Positions 36,426-47,490 of a stretch of DNA of 64,000 bases are shown in pieces (within the stretch, counting starts at the first letter, position 1; each line of letters begins with the position of its first letter). Source of the stretch: Podarcis tiliguerta (lineage: Eukaryota); the NCBI GenBank assembly GCA_965153285.1, contig OZ229112.1. One strand, written 5' to 3'. The translations under genes were made by a program, and so were the position numbers. The notes under the pieces are model-generated. The model was not told where the DNA came from. It was given only the letters and a program-made list of their open reading frames with translations, and ran no database searches.

Positions 36426-37896
36426 CTAGGGCGACAGACATAACATCTTAAAGTATTTACATTGACCTGTTGGCATTTTTTTTTAAATAACATTGTTTAC
36501 AGCTCTGTTGCCTTACGAATCACTAAAGACAGCTTTATTTCCTCTCAAGTGTTTCTCAGAGTTTCCCTACCCACCCACCATTCCCATCGTTTTTTTCAGT
36601 TTCCTTAACAGCACTGAACATTCATTACTAGCTGAAATCCTGCCAGCTCCACCAGTTATTAGATGGAGGGGGGACCGCAGAAGAGCAGGGAGGGGGCGGG
36701 AGCTGGTCACTGGGGCTGAAGATGAGAAAAAGCATAATAAGAAACCTGTCTGTTACCATTCCAGTGGAAATCAGATGCATGTGGAGAACCCTTTATGATA
36801 TAGCCCATCGTGTGCAAGTATACAAGAAGGAAACTCAACTATGCCAGCTAACCAGCAAATCTGATATACTCCGCCATGCAACATAAAGGGTCTGGTTGAG
36901 AAAGGAAAACAAAAAAACCATGCAAATTGATGATGAAATAAACTGTATGCATAACAAGGGGTGGGAGCACGCATGCTAACACAAGAAACCTTTGATTTCA
37001 CCCCCTTTTCTCTAAAATTCCCTAAAGCATCTGAGCTGGCAACTCTTAAGTAAGTGGATGGCAGACTAGATGCTAGTTTTCCTTGGTTTGACTAAGCAGG
37101 CCTAGTCTGTTCATGAACTACATGGAACCTGTAGAACGAAGGGCCTCATATGGCCAGTCCAATGCAATTTCTGCAAGTATGCTGAGATAATACAGATGAC
37201 TCCTTCAATTGCTAATAATTTTCGCCTTCGCTTATCAGGGTTCATTTCTTTCGCTCTGCCCATCCTCTTTCATTTAAGCTTTTGTCTTGTATCGGATAAT
37301 GCCAGCAGAAATGTACAAAGCCAGTCATAAGAAGAACACCCAAAGGATTTGTGACTACTGATGTGCTAATCATAAATAACCCTTCTACTAATGACAAACC
37401 ACTTTGATCACTCCCCTCCCTCCCTGCTCCAATTCTCATCATTTCAGACTCTGCTAATTAAAGTTAACATAAACCTTGGTCTCCTGGCCTTTCCCAAGTG
37501 TTCTGGAACCACATTCTACTGATGTGTCTTGTGATGAATCCCAAATAGCTTTCAAAAGCACTGATTGCTGGGGCGGGGGAGGGCGGGGAGAAGTGACCCT
37601 AATCCTGTCTTGTCTCCCTTTTGCTTCCTTTTTCCTTCTCTGAATTTCCTGGTAAACCCTGAATGTTGTCTACTTTATAGCTCCGTATGTTTCCTTTAGG
37701 AATTCTTCCACTTCACTCGCTCTCTTCTGATCCAATGGGCTGTGCTCATGAGAACCGGCACAAAGGAGGAACGAGTCATGTGTAACATTAATATCTTATA
37801 TTAACAGGGAAGTCGTATCTTTAAACACAACAACAGTGCCGAATGGCTATAAGGAAAAGAAACAGAGGAAGAAAAATGCAGATATTATTAATATTA

Positions 37897-38215
37897 TTGT
37901 CTGCAAAGGTGACATGAAGGCTGGTAACATCAACCCCGCCATGTGGGAATCCCTTGCAAATGACTGCAGTGCCTGGAGACAGGCCATAAAGTCATGTATC
38001 CATAGCAGTGACCAGAGGAGAATTGACCCCTGGGAGGAGTGCAGAGAGAAGAAATGCCTTGGTGCATCTGTAGCTGCACAACTGGGTGCCTTCATCTGCC
38101 TCAGCTGTAACAAACATGTCTCTTCCTCATTGGTCTCTACAGCCACAGCAGGCGCTGTAACCTTCCAACAGCTTGACCTCACCCACAAAGGCACACTCCT
38201 CCATTGGATGCCAGC
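37897..38215 (+). mobile_element. RTE-clade LINE 3' fragment
   Basis: VCKGDMKAGNINPAMWESLANDCSAWRQAI...FICLSCNK, resembling the RTE ORF C-terminus (W..LA.DR..WR plus a degenerate CxxC finger). Confidence 0.7.
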
Positions 38216-41200
38216 ATCATTATTGTTGGAAAAGCTTTTTTTAGGCGGGGGGGGGAGGACATTCTTGTCCCTCTTAGATGTAGCTATAAACTAGAGTAAT
38301 ATCCTCCACATCTACCTGGCAGGCACATATAAGCCTTTTTCTCCCTAGGGTACATCCATTCAAATTGCAGGATGGATGGAATCACAGAGCATCAGATTAT
38401 GCTATTCAACCTGAACAACTTGTAGAATAGCAATATGAATGAGAGAAAATCATTAAGACTGTGTATACATACACAACTGAACAGCAGTCATTTGTGTAGG
38501 AACTGGGGGGGGGGGGGAGTTGTTAGCCCAAGGGTGTTCTTCATACTTAGTTTTTGGGGGGAGGCTGCAGCTTAGCTAAAGCTTCAGAACTATATCTGTA
38601 CACTTCTCAGAATGGTTCATGAATCATTATTTTTTTAAAATTAAGGAACATAAATTCAAATGACAATTTTGGCCCATTGTAAAGGCTGTTTTTGAACTCT
38701 TTGTCATGAATATAGAATCAATCAAATCATGTTGCTTCTAGTTTCCTGTCACTCTCATCCCCCATTTTCTGCTGTCTCTCCCTTTGTAGGTTATTTCAGA
38801 ATGCCCCCTTCTTACTCACTACTAAGGTAACATTATCAAAATGTCTGGCTGCTTGTCTCTGCCCCCCCCCCCCCCAACTGCTGCCTGTTCCTTTCTGAAT
38901 GAATCTCTAGCCTTAGTCCTTTCCTTTGAGGCTCTGAATTTGAGGGTCACTTTTCTTGCTGAACACGTGTTGGCCCACAAATGCCCAACTCATCTTCAGT
39001 CCTCAGATGTGCTTGTTGAGAGAGAGAAGATGGTGAGATGGGAAATAAAGAGAGAGATAAGAATTGAATTTTGCCAAAGGCAGAAAGACAGAGAGCCTCA
39101 AAAGCAAGGATTAGGGCACAAAATTGAAAGCAACAAAGGGACAGTTGAGAGATTTAAAGAAAGGGATGATGCTATCTTAGAAAGCAGAAGCATTCTAAAT
39201 GTATGGAAAAAGAGAAAGCAGAAGGAATGGAACAGCAAAGAAAGTGAATGCTAGAACACTAGAGCAAAAAGGAGTACAGAATGGTGAAGTGTTGTTTTTT
39301 TAGCAATGGGGGCCAATGCAAAAAATGAAAAAGGAACTTGGTAATGACCAATCCAACAAAACAAACAGAAATGCAGCCCAGAACTCGATCTGCATATAAA
39401 TAAATGGAACAATGTTCTTGATAACAACAAAAATCCTATAAAGTATTCTTAATTTGCTAGCATTATAAATACACAAAAGGAGATTTATTGCCAACTCTAG
39501 GAGTGAGAAATCATGGGTGGCTGCTGCAAGACAAAACTGAAAATAGAACACATCAGTTTAATTTTAAAGCAGTTAATTTAATAGCAACATGACTCAGAGC
39601 TGCGCCCCCAAGCTAAAAAAGAAAGATGGAATTCCATGCAAATTCCTGAAGTTATTACTCATTCACATAGGATAGTATATAAAGACAGCTTTCAAAATGC
39701 TGGCATGTTGTTGTTGTTTTCATAACCAATGGCTCGGTGCATTATTGTGCAACTTGTGACAATTAAAACAGACACACACTTATTCAAATTCCTTTCTTGT
39801 TGCTAATCTATGGACTACCCTCCACTCAAGAAATACTACTTGTTGCTTATGGGACTTGTCAGTGACCCCCTACACTGACAAACTGTCACAGAAGTACTCT
39901 TCGGCTGATTTGTTCTTGCATTCATTAACTCCACAGCCCTCAGGTTTGAGAGGAGGGTGATGACTTGCCAGCGAGACAGGAAAAGATAGACAGAAATAGC
40001 ACTCAGCAGCAATAGCCATAGTGATAAGCGGGTGAATGCCTAAGCCTTCTTTTGGCAGGTGCTTTTAGCCAAATATAACACCAAATGAATGTACAGAGAA
40101 AGTGTGGGCTTGGTATTTGTTCTGAGCCTTCTGCTTTGACTTTTAATGTTAACGAAGCATATGGCTAAATGGCTGCATTTTCTAAGATCACTCTCAAAAG
40201 TCTTTAATTGAAAGGAACATTCTACATTTGGAACCTCCCCCACTCCTTTTACACATGCCATACATTCTCCTGAGGCTTTGCAAATTGCTGACTGCTTGCC
40301 ATGTATGCTTAGTACATGAGCTGTATTCTTCTTTCCAAATGTCAGTTCTTCCACATTTTAAGGTTCAGAGGATGAAAGAACCTGGGTTTTCTAACTAGAA
40401 ATAATGAGCTGTAGACTTTCAGTACAACCCCCACCCCGCACCCAATGACTGGGTTTTCTTTCATATTGGGGAATGTCTTCAGTGATGTCATTCAGGAATA
40501 ACAATATTGAATGTAGGTCAGAATGATGAACAGTTAGAGCACTTTGCAGGGCGTAGCCATATAACCCAATGAACTGGGCAGTAGCCAACATGTTAAACAT
40601 TCCAGCTTCCATCACACCAAGGTAGTGGGTGATCAAGAATATTAACAGGATTTGTTGGGCCCAGCAAACTGTGTGTGGATTGGGCTCTTTGTCCATACTA
40701 ATGTGTGTCTGGATAGAAAATCACTTCAAAACACCACTTATGAGACCTTGAGCTCCCTCACTGATGAAAAGCAAGATAATTATAAGCATAAGAAAAATAA
40801 GAAAAATTGGTATTTAAGAGGTGACACTAACTTTGCATTGTTTTCATTATGTTCTCACTTCCTATAGTGACAGCAAGTACAAGGAAAAGAAGTAGTTTTG
40901 AGGTGTGGTGGCAACTCATCTCAAAGTGGGCACACTTCGAAGACATTTTCAACCTTACAAAAAGAATCTGAAAAACTCACGGCTGCAATCTTTCTTTGGG
41001 TGCCAACTGCTAAGTGTTGTTTATAAAACAAACATAAAATAAAGTGGCTTTTATCGGGGTGACTCCAGAAAAACGAGTTTGGGAAAATCAAAGGTAGGCA
41101 AAGACCATTATTAAGGGTGCAAGGTTTTATTCTGTGCTGTATATGACCTTAATATACTGGAAAGTATTTTAGGGAACACTACCAACCTCAGTAACATTTT

Positions 41201-42339
41201 GAGTTATCCCTGCCTTTCATGGACTTTCAATTTACATTCATTTTTTGGTGGTGGTTGTATCTCAAATCAAACTTTCCAGAATATCATTTTCCAGAACAAC
41301 AGGGCAAAGCGAAGGGTTGTAACTTAGTTGTAGAGCATATAGTTTGCATGCAGAAGATACCAGGTTTAACACCCAGTGTCTCCAGGCACTTTATTGTAAT
41401 CAATAAAGTTGTGGCCTAGCTCAACCCAAGACCAGTCTCCTGTGTTCCTTCTTGTGGCCCTCCCTTCACCTGATGCAGCCATTAAGTGCCTGTGCTGGCA
41501 AAGCCTTCTGCCCCCATACCTTAAAGAGCCAATGCAAGTCACTGCAGACAAGAACAATCTAGAAGGATCAGTAGTCAGATTCAGCATAAGCCTGTTTCTT
41601 AGCTGAGGATATGCAACACAAGATACCGAATTTCATCAAAATGGGATTCTCTTAGGGAAAGACTGATCATATACCCAATTTCTACATTTGTCCACCCTCA
41701 ATCACTTTGGAAACAGTGTGCCTGTATCACGTTGCAGGAGAACAAAAACAGCCCCTCTGAAATATTTTTAACACTGCAACTTTATTCATAGCCTAGTAAT
41801 TTCACATGCTAAATAGCCAAATTCAGAGGAGAATTAAGAGCAGCAAAGTCTGAAAATATGAGTTTTAAAGTGGTTGAGACAAATAAATCTAGCATCCACA
41901 ATTATATTGTTTGGCTCAGCATTAGGAGATGAAATAGCATTTCACTGAACAACTGATTAAATACACCCTCAATATTCGAGCCAAATTAGGAACACACAAA
42001 AATAACAACAGAAACTAACAGGTGCACAAAAATCCAGCAAAAAGAATCCCATCAAGTAATACTACTTCTATGGAAAATACTTTGTTTGTAGCTTAATGTT
42101 TATCTAAAGCATTAAATAGAAACGATTTTCGCAGGCCTATTGAGCAGAGAACAAATCTGCTGGACAAATGTGGAAGAGACAATGGAAATTCTCATTTAAA
42201 TAGGAATTTTGTATGACATCACCACCCCACAATTCTCACTCTGGGTGCATATGGATGCTTGAATACATAGAGACTTGGAAAAGAACCATGAAATGAAGTT
42301 CTGTTAGACAAAGACGATAAAATCCTGTATGGCGCTTAC

Positions 42340-42426
42340 CTCTCACAGCGTGAGCCAGCATACCCAGGGGGGCATTCGTCACATATTAATCCACGACTCT
42401 GATCCAAATGACATGTTGGGCTAAAA
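42340..42426 (-). CDS. LAMA2: LAMA2 exon 18 equivalent
   Basis: acaaag|T...AG|gtaagc; 87 nt; FSPTCHLDQSRGLICDECPPGYAGSRCE(R). Confidence 0.95.
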
Positions 42427-43173
42427 CTTTGTTGTTGATGAAGGGCCAGAAGAGGGACACAGAGGAAAGATAAAAAGACATTCATTAGCAGCATAGTTTC
42501 TGTCCTTCCTCAGAGAGCGCTGCTTTTACAGGGAAAGTCCTTCTGGTCTCACACATGGAGCTTAGGTTTGGCTCCAGCCGGTAGAGTTTGGAATGACTCT
42601 GCTATTTCTGCCGACACTGAATATAGCTCGAATGGGTGGCAGCATCCAAATGACATGTTGTTATGGGACTTTAGTCTATCAATGAGTCGCTACACCATTT
42701 AAAAGCAGGAATGTACAGCTGCTTGTCTGAGCCCTCCAGGGCCTGGCAATGCGCTCTATCCCAGACTTTGTTCCCAAGTTAAATCTCACTGCAGCTAACA
42801 GACAATTGACTGGAAAGCTCAGTAAACTCGACTTACATGAATAGTGGAATAAAACTGCCACATTAAAAACAGGGAAGGGGAAACTTTGTGATGATGTTTC
42901 TCATGGTATGTCAAAGCTGTATTTAAGTCAAGATCAACTAACGGTGATGACTTACATGATATTCTTTGGTATTCAGAATCAAGAATGGCAACCTTTGTAG
43001 ATATTTTCCATCCTTGATTCCTAACCTCCATGACTAAAGGTTAGGATCCCTAATACAACTGAAAAGAACCAGAGCTACATGGAATTCTTTAAACTTGAGG
43101 AAGACCTGTAACCTCATGAATGTAGCTTTAATCATTGCAATAGCAATTATTTAGTCATTGCAATAGCAAATGA

Positions 43174-43307
43174 NNNNNNNNNNNNNNNNNNNNNNNNNNN
43201 NNNNNNNNNNNNNNNNNNNNNNNNNNNNNNNNNNNNNNNNNNNNNNNNNNNNNNNNNNNNNNNNNNNNNNNNNNNNNNNNNNNNNNNNNNNNNNNNNNNN
43301 NNNNNNN
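43174..43307. other. Assembly gap (N run) in intron 17
   Basis: Ns; exons 17 and 18 are phase-compatible, so no canonical exon is hidden. Confidence 1.
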
Positions 43308-43694
43308 ACCAATCATTTGCATGCTTACAAATCCTCTGATAGTATTTTACTCTAGCTGTGTCCCTCTGCCTTCCAGCATATTGTTTTCTGAGTTTCCCCT
43401 CTTTGAGAATCTGATTGACACAATGTAATGAGGTAATCTGCTGGCACACTGGAAGACACAGTTTGAAACAACAGGATATCTGTCACTCCACTATTTTAAA
43501 GAGATAAGTCCTCAATTATTCTTCTTTTTATTTCGCTTAGAGGTTTGTGTGCACTACATAGCCATTCAATTTGCCAAACAACCCAGCAGTAGACCGGCAG
43601 CCTTAGGACAAAGCCTTGGCTTAATATGGGTATAGTGGTGAAATAAATATAAACAAGCATTGATTACAGTCATTTCTTCATTTTGTGATGAAAC

Positions 43695-43939
43695 NNNNNN
43701 NNNNNNNNNNNNNNNNNNNNNNNNNNNNNNNNNNNNNNNNNNNNNNNNNNNNNNNNNNNNNNNNNNNNNNNNNNNNNNNNNNNNNNNNNNNNNNNNNNNN
43801 NNNNNNNNNNNNNNNNNNNNNNNNNNNNNNNNNNNNNNNNNNNNNNNNNNNNNNNNNNNNNNNNNNNNNNNNNNNNNNNNNNNNNNNNNNNNNNNNNNNN
43901 NNNNNNNNNNNNNNNNNNNNNNNNNNNNNNNNNNNNNNN
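43695..43939. other. Assembly gap (N run) in intron 17
   Basis: Ns. Confidence 1.
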
Positions 43940-44210
43940 CTATGGATTATCACGTAATCGAAACTATGCCACATTTTTTTAAGGAAGTGGGGATCTGTGA
44001 AATTAGCAAAAGAGCTCAATAGCAGTCAATTTTCTGAATCTGATGGATTGATTCTGACACCTACTCAGGCTGCACTTATATTTCATATACACCCTTGCTG
44101 AGGGAGGGGGTGGGGGAACACTTCCATTCGGCCTTTCATTCAGCCTGCTTACTAATTGGGTATAGATACCACCAACAAACTTGTTTGAAGGTATACTTAA
44201 TACTCAGTTG

Positions 44211-44553
44211 CAGGGGCATAGTGTAGGGAGGGCCAGGGAGGCTGTAACCCCTGCCCTGCTTGCCACCAGGGTTCTCTGGGCCTCGGAGTCTGGTCTTGCC
44301 ACCACTCCCCTGGCTCCCTCGCCAAGGGCCATGTCAGCTGGCTAGGCTCCCTCTTGCTGTGGACGGGGGGAGGGGCAGGCAGCGCAGCACAGCCCCGTGA
44401 ACCCTCTGTGCCCCATGCCCGTCTGGCTGCGGCAAGGGTTTGGCTGGCATGGCAGGTTTTGTTCCCCCTCCACATCCAGCCCCTGGTCCCGCCTGGTGTG
44501 TACATGTGTGTTTGCGTGTACCCAGGGTTCCAATAAAGGACGCAATGCCACTG
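44211..44553. mobile_element. GC-rich non-autonomous hAT-like DNA element starting at intron position +19 from the exon-17 donor
   Basis: Imperfect TIR caggggcatagtgt / acgcaatgccactg (11/14); 8-bp TSD ctcagttg / ctcagtgg. Confidence 0.7.
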
Positions 44554-44571
44554 CTCAGTGGGTATACTTAC

Positions 44572-44699
44572 TTGTTGGAAGGTATACTCAGTGGGCAGGC
44601 ACACAGCTGGCAGTCATCAGGTTTCCCTTTAGTAGCATCTCCAAAGAAACCAGGAAGACATCTATCACAATACAAGCCACCTGTGTTGTGCCTGCAGTT
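44572..44699 (-). CDS. LAMA2: LAMA2 exon 17 equivalent
   Basis: gtttag|AAC...AA|gtaagt; 128 nt; NCRHNTGGLYCDRCLPGFFGDATKGKPDDCQLCACPLSIPSN(N); not represented in the ORF track. Confidence 0.96.
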
Positions 44700-44775
44700 C
44701 TAAACAGTCAGGGGAAGGAACAAAACCATCTTCTCAGAATGTCATAGAACATAGTTGATAAAGTCACATAGGACA

Positions 44776-44908
44776 AAGGCAGCCAACATGGTGCCCTCCA
44801 GATGCTGTTGGCCTACAACTCCCACCAACCCTGCCTATTGGCCTTACTGGTAGGGGCTGATGGGAGCTGGAATCCAACATCTGGAAGGAACCATATTGGC
44901 AACCTTGC
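44776..44908. mobile_element. Older diverged copy of the same palindromic MITE superfamily
   Basis: ccctccagatgctgttggcctacaactccca...tgggagctggaatccaacatctggaagg; related copies at about 27340-27476, 5950-6057 and 16056-16120. Confidence 0.7.
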
Positions 44909-44942
44909 AGTCGAGCATGAGTACATCTTCTCTTTCTCACAC

Positions 44943-45083
44943 AAACTCAGTTGGTAGAATATGAGACTCTCAATCTCAAGTTTGTAGGTTCCAACCCCAC
45001 ACTGGGTGAAAGATTCCTGCATTGCAGGGGGGTTGGACCAGATGACCCTCACAGTCCCTTCCAACTCTATGTTATCGTGATTT
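44943..45083 (+). mobile_element. Short SINE with tRNA-Lys-like head and CR1-derived tail
   Basis: ctcagttggtagaatatgagactctcaatctcaag...ccccacactggg (degenerate tRNA-Lys CTT) joined to agattcctgcattgcaggggg...ccttccaactct, shared with the CR1 end near 25000. Confidence 0.75.
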
Positions 45084-45246
45084 TGAGACAACTGTGTAGC
45101 CAGCCAGTGCTCCTTAGTGCTTCCGCTGCCTCCTGCAGGAGCAGCGAGCAACTCACAAGAGCAGTTGTAGCAGCTGTCACTATGTTTCTTTCAGTTGTGC
45201 AACGAGCACTAGCTCAGCTCCGCTGCCTCTGCAAAAGCAGGTAACG

Positions 45247-45461
45247 ATTACATACGCTTCAGGTTACGGACTCTACTAACCCAGAAATAGTACCTCGGGT
45301 TAAGAACTTTGCTTCAGGATGAGAACAGAAATCGTGCAGTGGCGGCGCGGCAGCAGCAGGAGTCTCCCATTAGCTAAAATGGTGCTTCAGGTTAAGAACA
45401 GTTTCAGGTTAAGAACAGACCTCCAGAACGAACTAAGTTCTTAACCGGAGGTACCACTGTA
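45247..45461. mobile_element. Tc1/mariner(pogo)-type MITE, left end truncated
   Basis: Right terminus ...ggaggtaccactg|ta (TA target); internal repeats ttcaggttaagaaca. Confidence 0.7.
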
Positions 45462-46583
45462 GCTGGGAAAGCAGCAGCCAGCCAGCAGCAGAAACTTATC
45501 AGCCTTCAGGCTATGCTTCTTTCGATTTTGCAGCAAACCCCAGCTCAGCAGGCTAGTAGCTGGCATGACAGGCCAGTAGGTGTGGTTTTCAGAGATGCTG
45601 GTCTGAGATAGGGCTTCTTGCTGGGAGCTCCCTTTCCCCCTGCCCCTTCGTTACCCCTGTGATAACATTTTATGAAACTGTTGTCGTGCAGTAGACTTCA
45701 TAACCGATTTCACTTCTTCATGTGAAAATTCAAAAACATTTTTGTGCGAATTCATCCTAATATAGACACTTTGCATGCAATTTTGCCTACTGTACCCATT
45801 TTTGCAAAGTAATTTTCTGTAATGTAATGCATTTTTTTATTTTCACAGATAGGGGCATCTTTCTGCACACTTTCCCTTGCAATATGCATTTTTGCACACA
45901 ATACTTGGCTAGAGAACCATGCTACAAAATAGTCAGAAGTCAGAATTCTAAAGAACTATGCTTTGGTTTGAATACCGTTTAAGTTATTCTGCCTTCAAAT
46001 GAAAGCTGAATCAAATTTCTTCCCCATCTCTAGCTGGGGCTAGCAGGAGTTGGAATTCAAGAATATCTGGAAGGTCCCAGGTTCTGCACTCCTGGCATAC
46101 AGAGCAAGATAAAGACTCTCACAGATGTGAGAGAAAGCAATAATGTGAGCTGTCCTTCAAAAATTCGTTTCTCACTCCCTCCCCCATCCCCCATTCTCTT
46201 GTTTGCACTTGCAGGTGATGGATTTTCATACAAACTCTGCCATGTCTTATTAACATGTATATGTGTATTTAAAAGACCCCCCCCCCATAAATTCAAGGTT
46301 CAGTCATGCAACTCAAGTATAAAGTGAACCTCTGAAGGATTTTTATTATATGGTTTGCTTTCTGTGGCTTCATGTGAATAATTGTGTCCTAATGCTCTGA
46401 TGCACAATTGTAACCATTTCTTGCTAAAACAGTTCCCTAAATAAACAGAGAGACTTTGAAATAAGTTTTAAGACTCAAGGAATTTTATATTCATGAATAA
46501 AACTATACCTGAGTTGTTCTTTGGGATGTAACTTTTTTTTATTTGCACACTTGCTCTACAATGATTTGACAAGCAGTAAACTT

Positions 46584-46633
46584 AATAGCTAGTATCCAAT
46601 CCAAATAACTTTATGGATTGGATACTAGCTATT
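46584..46633. repeat. Perfect 20-bp inverted repeat with 10-nt spacer
   Basis: aatagctagtatccaatcca - aataacttta - tggattggatactagctatt. Confidence 0.95.
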
Positions 46634-46757
46634 GTCCATGACAAATCTTAATAGTTCATATTCAGATGCAATGAAAAACTTTGATTCACTATTATGGGAA
46701 TAAGATTAGGCATGCATTTGACTTGTGCATTTTCCCATTGGGCTGTCTTAAGCATAT

Positions 46758-47030
46758 GCAGCGCCGGGGTGCAAAGATACGCCCGGTGCCCCCCCCCCAG
46801 GTTGCCAAGTCCCAGGCACGGAGGAGGGCAGAGCCGGCCGGCTCAGCATCTCGCTGGCTCGATCGCCCCTGAACTCGTGAAGAGAGCCCGCAGCAGAAGA
46901 GCCCGCCGCGGTGCTCTGACTGATGGGTGGGCTCTTCCCCGGACTCAACTCTCAGGCCCTGGACTCTCAGCCTGGCGCCCCTGAGAGCCCAGCGCCCGGG
47001 TGCCCGGCACCCCTAGTGCCTCTCCTGCAG
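46758..47030. mobile_element. GC/CpG-rich island-like insertion, probably a non-autonomous DNA element fragment
   Basis: Abrupt GC-rich block in an AT-rich intron, with ggcgcccctgagagcccagcgcccgggtgcccggcacccc; termini not resolved. Confidence 0.45.
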
Positions 47031-47239
47031 TGCAGATGTGAAAAGGAGATAGGAAGCTCTGGTTTCCATTTGGTTTTGTCCATTTGGTTTAGGCTTAACC
47101 TTAAAGTTTACTGAAACAAGCCTGCTTCAGGTCACTATCTGCACTTTCCAGAAACAGTTGAGTACATTTTTGTTCCAACAGGCTCTTCCAGCTTGACAAA
47201 TGGGTCCTTACCATGAGTATTCATTTCTTAGTGGCGTAG

Positions 47240-47490
47240 TCTTGTTTTAAATGTATTGTTTTGTTGTTGTTATTGTTGTTGTTGTTGTTGTTGTTACTAT
47301 TATTACTATCACTATTACTATTATTATTATGTGTTTTTAAAAGATCTTATGTGTAAATCTTATGTGTAATTTTATAATGAATGATTTTAAAGTGTTGTTT
47401 GTACTGTTTTATTGTTGTTAGCCGCCCTGAGCCCGGCTTCAGCTGGGGAGGGCGGGATATAAATAAAATTTTTTATTATTATTATTATTA
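47240..47490 (+). mobile_element. LINE/SINE 3' tail (L2-like) with (TTG)n/(TTA)n microsatellites
   Basis: tgttagccgccctgagcccggc...ggggagggcgggatataaataaa followed by (TTA)n. Confidence 0.6.

Noticed and set aside
37836-38294. 152-aa plus-strand ORF
   Set aside because: Degenerate RTE LINE fragment, not a host gene.
43127-43173. Tandem tcattgcaatagcaa duplication
   Set aside because: Abuts an assembly gap and may be a contig-end artefact.
43174-43939. A missing LAMA2 exon hidden in the N gaps
   Set aside because: Exons 17 (44572-44699) and 18 (42340-42426) join in phase and give the expected continuous protein.
44943-45010. tRNA-Lys gene
   Set aside because: Multiple stem and B-box mismatches, no matching acceptor stem, and fused to a CR1 tail; it is a SINE head.
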